DNA of 64,000 nt from Gammaproteobacteria bacterium. GTDB lineage: Bacteria > Pseudomonadota > Gammaproteobacteria > Eutrophobiales > Eutrophobiaceae. A program made the translations under genes and the position numbers. The stretch covers positions 2,784,001 through 2,848,000 of the forward strand of contig OZ244905.1 in the NCBI GenBank assembly GCA_965221695.1, given 5' to 3'. Every line of letters starts with the position of its first letter. Position 1 is the stretch's first letter. The notes under the pieces are model-generated. The model did no database searches, was not told where the DNA came from, and saw only the letters and a list, made by a program, of their open reading frames with translations. Of the stretch, positions 1 through 8,990 are shown one piece after another.

Positions 1-372
1 CTCGTAAATTCCCTGATGGATGATTTTGTTAATTCAGTCAATCGATGGTGGGATGCGGCTGGTGCTGTGGAATTATCATCTTATGTTCTTTGGCAACTTA
101 ATCGTATTCACCCATTCGTGAATGGAAACGGAAGAACTGCCAGAGCTGCATGTTACTTCGTGCTGTGTATAAAAGAAGGCGGCTGGTTGGGCGGTGGCAC
201 CATATTACCTGAACTGCTACGTCAAAATAGAGAAGACTATATAAAAGCGCTTAGAGAAGTAGATGCCAGGGCATCGGATGAAAAATTCAAGGATAATTCT
301 CTACAACCACTAAATGATCTTATTCTTAAACTGTTACAAATACAGGTTAATATTCCTAGTACTAGCCTATGA
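1..372 (+). CDS. Fic/Doc family protein, C-terminal part (5'-truncated by window edge)
   Basis: Canonical Fic motif HPFVNGNGRTAR; frame is open back to base 1; visibly AT-rich relative to neighbours. Confidence 0.9.
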   Translation, partial: LVNSLMDDFVNSVNRWWDAAGAVELSSYVLWQLNRIHPFVNGNGRTARAACYFVLCIKEGGWLGGGTILPELLRQNREDYIKALREVDARASDEKFKDNSLQPLNDLILKLLQIQVNIPSTSL

Positions 373-470
373 CAAATGAATGTCACAACTTGAACTGACT
401 TACAACTCATAAGAGGTTCCTGTGACACAGGAATAAATCGCCACAAATACCTAAGAAATAAACCAGAAAC

Positions 471-1181
471 ATGACTGCCAGTATATTCAACGCCGCGCCG
501 GGTGATTTTGCCGAGACCGTGCTCATGCCCGGAGATCCGTTGAGGGCGAAATACATTGCCGAAAAATATCTCAGTGATGCTCGGCAGGTATCCGATGTTC
601 GCAACATGCTGGGTTTCACCGGCTCATACAAGAGCATGAATGTTTCGGTTGTGGCGCATGGTATCGGCATACCCTCGGCCTGCGTGTACTGTACTGAATT
701 GATCACCGCTTACGGCGTCAAACGCATTATTCGGGTCGGCAGTTGCGGGACGATTTCGGCATCAGTCAAAATGCGGGATATCGTTATTGCGATGGGCGCG
801 TCGACCGATTCCAATGTCAACCGGGTGCGCTTTAACGGATTTGATTTCGCGGCGCTGGCCGATTATGACCTGTTGCAGAATGCTGTCAGCGCGGCAAAGG
901 TGCAAGCTGTTCCGTTTCACGTTGCGAACGTGTTCTCCTCCGACCTGTTTTTCCCGCCGCCGGGCAAGCAGATGTGGGACGTGATGGAACGCTTGAATGT
1001 CCCGGTGGTGGAGATGGAGGTGGCCGGCATTTACGGAGTCGCCGCTGAATACGGCGCTAAGGCAGTGGCGCTGTGCACTGTTACCGACGATGCCCGCGCC
1101 GTCACCGGGCTGTCGGTGGAAGCGCGCCAGACCAGCCTGGACCAGATGATTGATGTCGCGCTGGAAGCGGCCCTGCTGTAA
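471..1181 (+). CDS. deoD: Purine nucleoside phosphorylase, DeoD type (divergent)
   Basis: GDFAETVLMPGDPLRAKYIAE, IRVGSCG, VEME and CTVTD motifs. Confidence 0.9.
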   Translation: MTASIFNAAPGDFAETVLMPGDPLRAKYIAEKYLSDARQVSDVRNMLGFTGSYKSMNVSVVAHGIGIPSACVYCTELITAYGVKRIIRVGSCGTISASVKMRDIVIAMGASTDSNVNRVRFNGFDFAALADYDLLQNAVSAAKVQAVPFHVANVFSSDLFFPPPGKQMWDVMERLNVPVVEMEVAGIYGVAAEYGAKAVALCTVTDDARAVTGLSVEARQTSLDQMIDVALEAALL

Positions 1182-1187
1182 CGCTAG

Positions 1188-1338
1188 GGAAACTCTGATT
1201 AAGTCAGAGTTTCCTGCGATACAGGGATGTATCGCCAAATTCAATGACGATAAGTCATTGAATTTGAGAGCAAAACAAAAATCGCATTTTTGTTTTGCGT
1301 GCTCTGACAAGTCCAGGATGGACTTGTTCAGAGCTTCC
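1188..1338. mobile_element. 151-bp non-autonomous MITE with IS5-like terminal inverted repeats and CTAG target duplication
   Basis: CTAG(1184-1187)|GGAAACTCTGA...TCAGAGCTTCC|CTAG(1339-1342); right end read inward is GGAAGCTCTGAACAAG, close to the IS5 end GGAAGGTGCGAACAAG; five internal hairpins. Confidence 0.8.
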
Positions 1339-1344
1339 CTAGTA

Positions 1345-3018
1345 CTAATGCCCGGTGGCCCGGGCCAGCGCTTTCGACACCTTTTCCCTGTTGAACTCCC
1401 GCCAGCGTCCGGCGACATGCTGGTCGGGCCGTACCAGGTAATACGTACCCGGGCGGGCATCGTAGTGCCGATAAAGCAGGCCGTCACTGTCCGTGATACG
1501 GTTTTTGCCTGTCCCTGATACCACCAGGGTATCGACCGGGATTTGCTCCGAGCCGACTGCGTCGAGTTCCGCCGGCGTGTTGCCGTCGTCGCTGAAATAA
1601 ATGCCGACGAAGCGGTCTCCCAACAGGTTCAGGAACCAGGTATCAGCGCCATTGATGGTGACCGGGGCGTCCAGGCAGGGCGCGCCGGGTCGCAGCCTGT
1701 CGCTGAATTCATCCTCGTCCGGCGTGTTCAGGGGCGAACCGTCCAGGACACTGGGCATGGACAGGCGGCCGGGGTTGACGAACCTGCGGGCAAACTCGAA
1801 ATCCTTTGCCAGTTCCAGCGTGGCGTTGCGGAACGCGAGGCTGACCTCACTTTTCGGGGTCATAAAGTCTGTGCTGCGGGATGAATTCATCACGTTTTCT
1901 TCAGCGCCCAGGATGCGTTCATCGTCATAGCTGTCGATGAGGGTGGGCGGCGCGGCGCCGGTCAGCGCCAGGTGGAGTTTCCAGGCCAGGTTGTCCACAT
2001 CCTGCAGCCCGCCGTTTGCGCCGCGTGCCCCGAACGGCGACACGAGATGGGCGGAATCGCCGGCGAAGATGGTGCGCCCATGAACGAACTTTTCCATGCG
2101 GCAGCACTTGAACGTATACAGGCTCACCCATTCGTACTCGAATTCGATATCGGCGCCGAGAAATGCCCGAATCTTTGCGTCGATATTCTCCTCCTTCATC
2201 ACCTCATCGCGGTCGATGTCCCAGCCCATCTGGAAATCGATGCGCCAGACATCATCGGCCTGCTTGTGGATCAGCGAGGTCTGGCCGGGATTGAACGGCG
2301 GGTCAAACCAGAAACGCCGGATCGCGGGAAAGTCCGCCTTCATGCGCACGTCGGCAATCAGAAAATTGTCCTCGAACACCCGGCCAACAAAGTCCAGACC
2401 CAGAGCCTCGCGTATCGGGCTGCGATGCCCGTCTGCTGCGATCAGGTAGTCGCAACTGAGCCGGTATTCTCCGTCGGGAGTGCTCACGGTAACGACAACC
2501 TTGTCGGCGCCGTTCTCGATACCGACCACTTCGTTCTGCCAGCGAACCCCGGTTAGCGGATACTCTGGGAACAGGTCGATCAGGTACTCTTCCGCGTAGA
2601 ACTGCTGCAGGTTGATGAACGCGGGAAACTTCTGCTGCTTGTCCGGCAACAGGTCGAACTTGTAGATGGGTTCGGTTTCCTCGCCGAAATAGACCCAGCC
2701 CTGGTTCCACACCACGCCTTTTTCCATCATGCGCTCACTGGTTCCGAGCCGGTCCAGGATTTCCAGCGTGCGTTTCGCCCAGCAGATGGCGCGCGAACCG
2801 TCGCTGACGGTATTGTATTTCTCAAGCACCACGGAGGGAATGCCGTAACGCGCCAGGTCTATCGCACTGGCCAGGCCGATGGGACCACCGCCGGCGATGA
2901 TCACCGGAAAATGGGCTGTCTCACCGGAATCGATCTCGGCGGGCCGGATAAATTCATATATGCGCCGCGCCTGGCGGCTGGTCTGCCGCGCCTTGCCTAT
3001 ATCACCGTATTTCGCCAT
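1345..3018 (-). CDS. FAD-dependent aromatic monooxygenase (MhpA/PheA-like)
   Basis: IAGGGPIG Rossmann motif, IAADG and FAGDSAHLVSPFGARGANGG motifs, C-terminal LVRPDQHV domain. Confidence 0.9.
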   Translation of the reverse strand: MAKYGDIGKARQTSRQARRIYEFIRPAEIDSGETAHFPVIIAGGGPIGLASAIDLARYGIPSVVLEKYNTVSDGSRAICWAKRTLEILDRLGTSERMMEKGVVWNQGWVYFGEETEPIYKFDLLPDKQQKFPAFINLQQFYAEEYLIDLFPEYPLTGVRWQNEVVGIENGADKVVVTVSTPDGEYRLSCDYLIAADGHRSPIREALGLDFVGRVFEDNFLIADVRMKADFPAIRRFWFDPPFNPGQTSLIHKQADDVWRIDFQMGWDIDRDEVMKEENIDAKIRAFLGADIEFEYEWVSLYTFKCCRMEKFVHGRTIFAGDSAHLVSPFGARGANGGLQDVDNLAWKLHLALTGAAPPTLIDSYDDERILGAEENVMNSSRSTDFMTPKSEVSLAFRNATLELAKDFEFARRFVNPGRLSMPSVLDGSPLNTPDEDEFSDRLRPGAPCLDAPVTINGADTWFLNLLGDRFVGIYFSDDGNTPAELDAVGSEQIPVDTLVVSGTGKNRITDSDGLLYRHYDARPGTYYLVRPDQHVAGRWREFNREKVSKALARATGH

Positions 3019-3093
3019 GGGTCGATTATACCGTTTAACTCACAGATGTCTGATTGTATTGTAACCGCATGCAGGATAGGTCAGCAGCGCGGT

Positions 3094-3157
3094 TTCCGCT
3101 ACATACAAGTTTTGCTTCCGCTATGTCTATGTGTTGCCATTGGAATACGTTTATACT
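3094..3157 (+). promoter_or_regulatory. Putative AraC-activated promoter: direct repeat TTCCGCTA plus -10 TATACT
   Basis: TTCCGCTA at 3094 and 3116 (22-bp period); TATACT at 3152-3157 with no consensus -35; AraC gene in the downstream unit. Confidence 0.45.
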
Positions 3158-3197
3158 GTTCTGCGGATGCTTTCCAAACAGGGACACCGATACATAA

Positions 3198-3224
3198 GGA
3201 ACCTCTGGTCAAGTCCCGGAGGTT
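3198..3224. repeat. Degenerate end of the IS5-like MITE family, forming a hairpin in the TonB receptor leader
   Basis: GGAACCTCTGGTCAAGTCC matches GGAAGCTCTGAACAAGTCC at 16/19; AACCTCTGG pairs with CCGGAGGTT. Confidence 0.55.
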
Positions 3225-3249
3225 ACACAACGATTTGGAGGGTAGACTT

Positions 3250-5553
3250 ATGAAACGCCATTTGAATTCATTGCTGGTGAGCGCAGCATTAGTTGGCATG
3301 GTTCTGCCGATGACCGCTTATCCGCAGATAGAGGAGATCGTCGTCACCGCACAAAAGCGCGAGGAAAACCTGCAGGACACACCCATCGCCATTACCGCGT
3401 TTACCGAGGAAGCCTTGGAAGCGCGCATGATCAGCGACATATCGAAACTCGCGGATTTCACGCCCAATGTGATCTTTGATACCACTGCGCCGATCAGCGG
3501 CCTGTCCAATGGCGCCGCGGTGTTTATCCGGGGTATCGGGCAACTGGATTTTGCGATGACCACGGATCCTGGTGTGGGAACCTATATTGACGGCGTTTAT
3601 TCATCCCGCGCGGTAGGCGGCGTACTGGATGTGGTGGACATTGAGCGAATCGAAATTCTGCGCGGTTCCCAGGGTACCCTGTTCGGCCGCAACACGATAG
3701 GCGGCGCCATCAACATCACTACCAAGCGGCCGGCAGAGACCTTCGGCGGGATGCTGGAAGCCACTTTCGGCGAGTTTGAGAGGACGGATTTCAAGGGTTC
3801 ACTCGATGTGCCGGTTACGGATAAGTTCCGCACCAAGTTCGCCTTTTCCAGCAAGAACAGGAACGGCTTCGTGGACCGAATAGCAGTCGGGGATCGGCTG
3901 GGTGATGAAGACCGGCAGTCGGTGCGCGCATCGTTCCTGTTGCAGCCGGCGGATGCCATCGAGATGTATGCGACCGTAGATTACACCAGTATCGACGAAC
4001 AGAGCGCCGGCAGCGTGATGGTCGGCATCACCGAGTTCACCGGTGACCCGGCGCAAGGTCTGACGCCCAGCAGTACCTGGGCCTACAACCAGGTGTTCGT
4101 GCCGGCCAACCCCGGCGCTGCGCCTTACACTCTCAATGAATTTTTACCGGGCGCTGCCGATCAGACCCTGGCAACCGGGCCCACAGGCACTGATCTAGAA
4201 AGTTTCGGCGCTACCCTGACCTTCACCTGGTCGCTTCCCTGGTTCGAGTTCAAATCGATCTCGTCGTATCGCGACACGGAAGGTGAGTTCTACCGTGACC
4301 CGGATAATTCCTCTGTTGAGATCACGGAGACCTCCAATCCCAATTACAACCACGAGCAGTTCAGCCAGGAACTGCAGTTAACCGGCGCAGGGTTCAACGA
4401 GCGCTTGCAATATGTGCTCGGCGCCTACTATTTCGAGGAAGACGGCGCCGATGATGTGTTCGTGCCTATATACGGGGCCTTGCCGACGCCCGTTGGTCTG
4501 ATAGCGTTACCGCTTTACATCAACAATTACTCAACGGTGGATAACGACAGCAAGGCGGTTTTCGGCCAAGGGACCTTCGCCGTCACCGAACAGATCGCGC
4601 TGACCTTCGGGATGCGCTATACGGAAGATAAAAAAGGATTTGGATACCGCCAATATATCTCACCTGACCCGTTCCCGGGCAACATCGCGGTCGTCGCAAT
4701 TCTTGGCCCGCCCTTCGCGGTCCCGGGGCCGGCAGATGCGCTTGTTATGTGGGATAAGGTATCGGAGAAATTCAATGAGTTGAATTTCCGCGCCGGCATC
4801 GACTACCAGCTCAACGACGATACCCTGTTGTACTTCACCTATGCGGACGGGTACAAAAGCGGCGGCTTCAACTACCGCTACGTGGTCCCCCGCCTGGACC
4901 CGCTGCCGTTCGACCCGGAGACCCTGGAGTCCTACGAGGTGGGGGTGAAATGGCAAGGTCTGGACGACCGCCTGCGCATCAATGCGGCGGGGTTTGTCAG
5001 TGAGTACAGCGATGTGCAGATCCAGTTGTTCGAGACCGGCGGTGGCCCGCTGACCCAGAATGCCGGTGTCGCCGATATCATCGGCGTGGAAGTGGAACTG
5101 ACCGCAGCGCTCCATGAGCGCCTGCTGCTCAACGCCGGCTTCGGCTACATCGACGCAGAGTACGATGAGCTCAACCTGCCCACCACGAATGTGGCGCAGG
5201 CGGTCAACCTGGATACAAAACTGCCCAATACCCCTGAAACCACGGTGAATGTCTCGGCGCAATATTCCCACCCGCTGCCCTGGGGTTCACTGATCGTGCG
5301 TGGCGATTACCGCTATACCGACGACCTGTACAACGATGCACAAAATTCCCCGTTTCTGTACCAGGATGGGTATCATACGGTGAACGCGTCGTTGACCTTC
5401 AGCGCCGGCAACTGGGAATTCAGCGTATTCGGCGTCAACCTGACGGATAAACGTTTTATCACCAGCGGCGACTCCAACTTCGGCCTGGGGTTCCACGAAG
5501 CGAATTACAACCGCCCGCGGGAGTTCGGCGGGCTGCTCAGGTACCGGTTTTAG
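3250..5553 (+). CDS. TonB-dependent receptor
   Basis: Signal peptide MKRHLNSLLVSAAL, TonB box EEIVVTAQKRE, plug motif IERIEILRGSQGTLFGRNTIGG, C-terminal YRF; start set at ATG 3250 with GGAG RBS. Confidence 0.95.
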   Translation: MKRHLNSLLVSAALVGMVLPMTAYPQIEEIVVTAQKREENLQDTPIAITAFTEEALEARMISDISKLADFTPNVIFDTTAPISGLSNGAAVFIRGIGQLDFAMTTDPGVGTYIDGVYSSRAVGGVLDVVDIERIEILRGSQGTLFGRNTIGGAINITTKRPAETFGGMLEATFGEFERTDFKGSLDVPVTDKFRTKFAFSSKNRNGFVDRIAVGDRLGDEDRQSVRASFLLQPADAIEMYATVDYTSIDEQSAGSVMVGITEFTGDPAQGLTPSSTWAYNQVFVPANPGAAPYTLNEFLPGAADQTLATGPTGTDLESFGATLTFTWSLPWFEFKSISSYRDTEGEFYRDPDNSSVEITETSNPNYNHEQFSQELQLTGAGFNERLQYVLGAYYFEEDGADDVFVPIYGALPTPVGLIALPLYINNYSTVDNDSKAVFGQGTFAVTEQIALTFGMRYTEDKKGFGYRQYISPDPFPGNIAVVAILGPPFAVPGPADALVMWDKVSEKFNELNFRAGIDYQLNDDTLLYFTYADGYKSGGFNYRYVVPRLDPLPFDPETLESYEVGVKWQGLDDRLRINAAGFVSEYSDVQIQLFETGGGPLTQNAGVADIIGVEVELTAALHERLLLNAGFGYIDAEYDELNLPTTNVAQAVNLDTKLPNTPETTVNVSAQYSHPLPWGSLIVRGDYRYTDDLYNDAQNSPFLYQDGYHTVNASLTFSAGNWEFSVFGVNLTDKRFITSGDSNFGLGFHEANYNRPREFGGLLRYRF

Positions 5554-5555
5554 GC

Positions 5556-5588
5556 TAGCCCGCAACACCTGCTGAGAAATACGGGCTA
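5556..5588. repeat. Collapsed remnant of the 315-bp MITE family
   Basis: CTAG|CCCG...TGAGAAATACGGG|CTAA; right arm matches TGAGATATTCGGGCTA at 14/16. Confidence 0.5.
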
Positions 5589-5604
5589 ACAGGAGAATTT
5601 GCAG

Positions 5605-6639
5605 ATGTTGGAACAATACAAAGTAGCCGTGGTCCAGGCGGCGCCGGTGTTCCTGGACCTGGAAGGCACGGTTGCCAAGGGGATTGCGTTAATTGAGGAA
5701 GCGGCGCGTAACGGCGCCCGGCTGATCGGGTTCCCGGAGACCTGGATACCGGGTTACCCGTGGTGGATCTGGCTGGATTCCCCGATCGATGGTCTGCGTT
5801 TTGTGCAGCAATACCATGAAAACAGCCTGGGTAAGGACAGCCCGCAGTTGCAGCAGCTCTGCGATGCGGCTCGGGATAATGACATCATGGTAGTAATGGG
5901 CGCCAGTGAGCGGGACGGCGGTTCACGTTACATCTCACAGTTTTTCATCGGCGCAGATGGCGCGTTGCTGGACATCCGGCGCAAGCTGAAACCAACCCAC
6001 GTGGAACGCACCGTGTTCGGCGATGGCCATGGCAATAACTTGCGTGTCTATGAGACGGAACTTGGCCGGGTGGGTGGTCTGTGCTGTTGGGAGCATTTGC
6101 AGCCGTTGAGCAAGTATGCGATGTATGCCCAGAATGAACAGGTACATATCGGCGCCTGGCCGACCTTCAGCCTGTACCGTGACAAGGCCTACAGCCTTGG
6201 ACCGGAGTTGAACATGGCGGCATCTTCGGTGTATGCAGCCGAGGGGTCATGTTATTTTCTTGCGCCGTGCGGGCTCATTTCGCAGGACATGGTTGAGTTG
6301 ATGGCCACTACCCCGACAAAACAGGACCTGCTCCCGCCCGGCGGCGGTCATGCGATGATCTTCGGGCCGGACGGCGCGCCTTTGTGTGACTACCTGGCAG
6401 AAGATGCCGAGGGCCTGTTATACGCAGAAGTTGACTTCGGCGCCATCACGGTAGCGAAATCCTTTGCCGACCCGGCCGGACACTACTCCCGTCCGGATGT
6501 CACACGCCTGTTGTTGAATGTTGCTCCGGTCACGCCAGTCGAATACCTGGATACGCCTGCTGAGGAAGAGGACGATACGGGGACCCTGGACATTGAGACA
6601 CATGCCGGTTCGACTTCAGGGTTGTCTGTCGTGAAATAG
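5605..6639 (+). CDS. Nitrilase (branch 1, NitA/arylacetonitrilase-like)
   Basis: FPE, RRKLKPTHVER and GGLCCWEH motifs (Glu-Lys-Cys triad), DPAGHYSRPDV; AGGAG RBS at 5591. Confidence 0.93.
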   Translation: MLEQYKVAVVQAAPVFLDLEGTVAKGIALIEEAARNGARLIGFPETWIPGYPWWIWLDSPIDGLRFVQQYHENSLGKDSPQLQQLCDAARDNDIMVVMGASERDGGSRYISQFFIGADGALLDIRRKLKPTHVERTVFGDGHGNNLRVYETELGRVGGLCCWEHLQPLSKYAMYAQNEQVHIGAWPTFSLYRDKAYSLGPELNMAASSVYAAEGSCYFLAPCGLISQDMVELMATTPTKQDLLPPGGGHAMIFGPDGAPLCDYLAEDAEGLLYAEVDFGAITVAKSFADPAGHYSRPDVTRLLLNVAPVTPVEYLDTPAEEEDDTGTLDIETHAGSTSGLSVVK

Positions 6640-6708
6640 ATGGGCCGATTTGAACGCGTGCGGTGAGCAAAGCGGGCTATACTGATAAGTAAATCCCGGT
6701 ATTCTTCA

Positions 6709-7704
6709 ATGTCCGATTTTCTGCTTCCAAAAGGGCATATCACTACGACAGAGGATGTTGCCGAAAAAGACCAGCTTGAATACTGGATAGACATGATCTG
6801 TGATGAATTCGTGCAACTGGACTGCACCATCGAAAATCATCATAAGGACTTCAAGGGAAAAATCCGCGGCGCCCGACTCGGAGACATACGTGTCTCTGAA
6901 GTAAATTCCGATGCGCAACATGTTATCCGGTCGCGCAAACAGATCGCCAAATCCACCGAATGCGAGTTCCTGTTGAGCTTACAAATGGATGAGGTTGGTT
7001 TCATTAATCAGGATGGCCGTATTGCGGAACTGCACCCGGGAGATTTTGCACTGTATGACAGCACCAGGCCATACTTCCTGCATTTCGATCGGCCGTTTCG
7101 CCAGATAGTACTGCAGATTCCCTATCACTCCCTGGCGGAACAGTTCGTCAGGCCGGAGAATATCACTGCCCGCCGGGTATCCGCACAAACTGCCATGGGC
7201 GCGTTGGCATCGCAGTTCATACAGTCCGTCGCTGCGCGCCTGGACATCCTGTCGGCACAGGAACGCGGCGTGATCAACCACCACATCATCGAATTGATAG
7301 CGCTGGCCATGGGGTCGATGTCCTCGTTACCGGAACTGGACGGCCAATCGATTGCCCGAACTGCCCTGCTGGAACGTATCAAGCAGTACATTGAGATCAA
7401 TATCCGAGACCCGCAACTGACGCCGGCACAGGTCGCCTCACACCACCATATCAGCGAGCGTTACCAACGCATGCTGTTTGCATCCAAGGGCGCCACCGTC
7501 TCCAGGTATATCCTGGACAAGCGCCTGGAATTATGCCGGGAATCGCTGGAAAACCATGCCTTCCGTGATTACAGCCTCACCCAGATCGCCTTCAGCTACG
7601 GCTTCAATGACGCAGCACACTTCAGCCGCAGGTTCAGGGAGCGTTATGGCGCGTCTCCCAGGGAATATCGCGAAAGGCTCATACATAAAGCAACCTGTGA
7701 TTAA
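6709..7704 (+). CDS. AraC-family regulator (FeaR/NitR-like)
   Basis: LHPGDFALYDSTRPY ligand domain and C-terminal IAFSYGFNDAAHFSRRFRERYGASP helix-turn-helix. Confidence 0.92.
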   Translation: MSDFLLPKGHITTTEDVAEKDQLEYWIDMICDEFVQLDCTIENHHKDFKGKIRGARLGDIRVSEVNSDAQHVIRSRKQIAKSTECEFLLSLQMDEVGFINQDGRIAELHPGDFALYDSTRPYFLHFDRPFRQIVLQIPYHSLAEQFVRPENITARRVSAQTAMGALASQFIQSVAARLDILSAQERGVINHHIIELIALAMGSMSSLPELDGQSIARTALLERIKQYIEINIRDPQLTPAQVASHHHISERYQRMLFASKGATVSRYILDKRLELCRESLENHAFRDYSLTQIAFSYGFNDAAHFSRRFRERYGASPREYRERLIHKATCD

Positions 7705-7729
7705 ACCCCCACAGCTTCGCTTCCACGGC

Positions 7730-7759
7730 AAAAAAACCCGCAGCGTTGTCGCTGCGGGT
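7730..7759 (-). terminator. Intrinsic terminator of the minus-strand heme-copper operon
   Basis: 10-bp stem ACCCGCAGCG-TTGT-CGCTGCGGGT followed by a T-run on the minus strand. Confidence 0.75.
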
Positions 7760-7802
7760 AAAATGCTCACACTGCTTGGTAGGAAGGATACCGATCGCGT
7801 AT

Positions 7803-8378
7803 TCAAGCATTGCCAGACCCTTTCAGTTTTTGTCCGGGCCGGTATCCGGAGGTATTGAAAAACACCTGTCCGAGCCAGATCATTCCAAGTATAAGGCCCA
7901 GTATGATAAGCAGATTTCCGAGTTGCTGTTGTTCGCTTAACAGGTAGTTATTACAAAGCCGATCAGGCGCGACGAGATAGATCCAGCCAAGTCTGAACAG
8001 CATTGCCAGAAATTCGATTTTTACCACCCCCCTGGCTATGAAATGCAGGTTACGCCAGCACAGCCCCAGGGGAATGCCGATCAGTAACGGCACGGAAATG
8101 TATTTCATTAGAGCAACGAACTCGTCATTCACCGACGCATCCAGCCACCTGGGTATCATCCAGAACACGAGAGTAAAACCTGCGAGCAGAACACAGGGGA
8201 TACTGATACTGTTGAGGACGCGGGACATGTGTGGTGTGACTAGCCGGCCTGCCGTGATGCCGGTGAAAATCAGCAGCGGTATTTCAACCAGCACGTGCGT
8301 CAGTAATGAGGCCTCAAGAAATGAACCCATTGGAGTGAGGGCGATGAGCAGCCACAAAACCGAACCGAGCAGGAACAT
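7803..8378 (-). CDS. Membrane protein, CtaG-like (orf1 of the sNOR cluster)
   Basis: About 5 hydrophobic helices, THVLVEIPLL and EQQQLG; last gene after the SCO gene. Confidence 0.7.
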   Translation of the reverse strand: MFLLGSVLWLLIALTPMGSFLEASLLTHVLVEIPLLIFTGITAGRLVTPHMSRVLNSISIPCVLLAGFTLVFWMIPRWLDASVNDEFVALMKYISVPLLIGIPLGLCWRNLHFIARGVVKIEFLAMLFRLGWIYLVAPDRLCNNYLLSEQQQLGNLLIILGLILGMIWLGQVFFNTSGYRPGQKLKGSGNA

Positions 8379-8381
8379 GGT

Positions 8382-8990
8382 TCAGATGAGTGAAGTGATA
8401 TGCCGGATCATTGCGTCTGTGTCATCAACATCGTAAATACCCACAATCTGATGCTTCCTGACCAGGTATATCGCAGTATTGTGTACGTACCCCAGATCAG
8501 GTTCCGGCAGGACAATGACTTCGAGGCTGTCAAGCAGCTCGTCCAATGTCTGCCTGTTCGTGACCCTCAGGGCGGACCATGATCCGGGCTCAGGCGAAAA
8601 CCTGCGCAGGTATGCGGACAGTTGTTCCGGTCCGTCATGGTCATGGTCAAAAGAGACACTTAATAACTGTACTTTTTCAGCATGCCCGGCAGAGGCCAGT
8701 ATTGACTGTAATTGGCTGAACCGGTAGCCCATCGTCATGCATGCGGTCGTGCAACGCGTGAAGATAAAGTCCATGACAAGTACCGGTTTGTCAAAATCGT
8801 GCAGGCTTGCGTGTTTTCCCGTCTCGCGCTGGACTGCAATATCCGGCAGTGACCTAGGTTGGCTCAGTAGTGAGCGCCGGCGCGCGGCTTCGGTAGTCCA
8901 GGTGGTCCAGCCGTCCGTGGCCCAGCCCAGAGTCGCCAGCCCGCCTGCGCTGATGCCGAGCGCCAGGAGTACGCTAACCCACGGCTTCAC
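8382..8990 (-). CDS. senC: SCO/SenC copper chaperone
   Basis: FIFTRCTTAC (CxxxC), SVSFDHDHD, conserved His in YVHN. Confidence 0.9.
   Translation of the reverse strand: MKPWVSVLLALGISAGGLATLGWATDGWTTWTTEAARRRSLLSQPRSLPDIAVQRETGKHASLHDFDKPVLVMDFIFTRCTTACMTMGYRFSQLQSILASAGHAEKVQLLSVSFDHDHDGPEQLSAYLRRFSPEPGSWSALRVTNRQTLDELLDSLEVIVLPEPDLGYVHNTAIYLVRKHQIVGIYDVDDTDAMIRHITSLI

Noticed and set aside
1188-1338. CRISPR array or integron attC interpretation of the palindromic repeats
   Set aside because: No regularly spaced identical repeats, no cas or intI gene, no RYYYAAC/GTTRRRY boxes
2911-3249. N-terminal extensions of the ORF calls at 2911, 14526, 14928, 38612 and 53687
   Set aside because: Signal peptides, RBSs and paralog alignment point to internal starts; the extensions cross promoters, repeats or neighbouring genes
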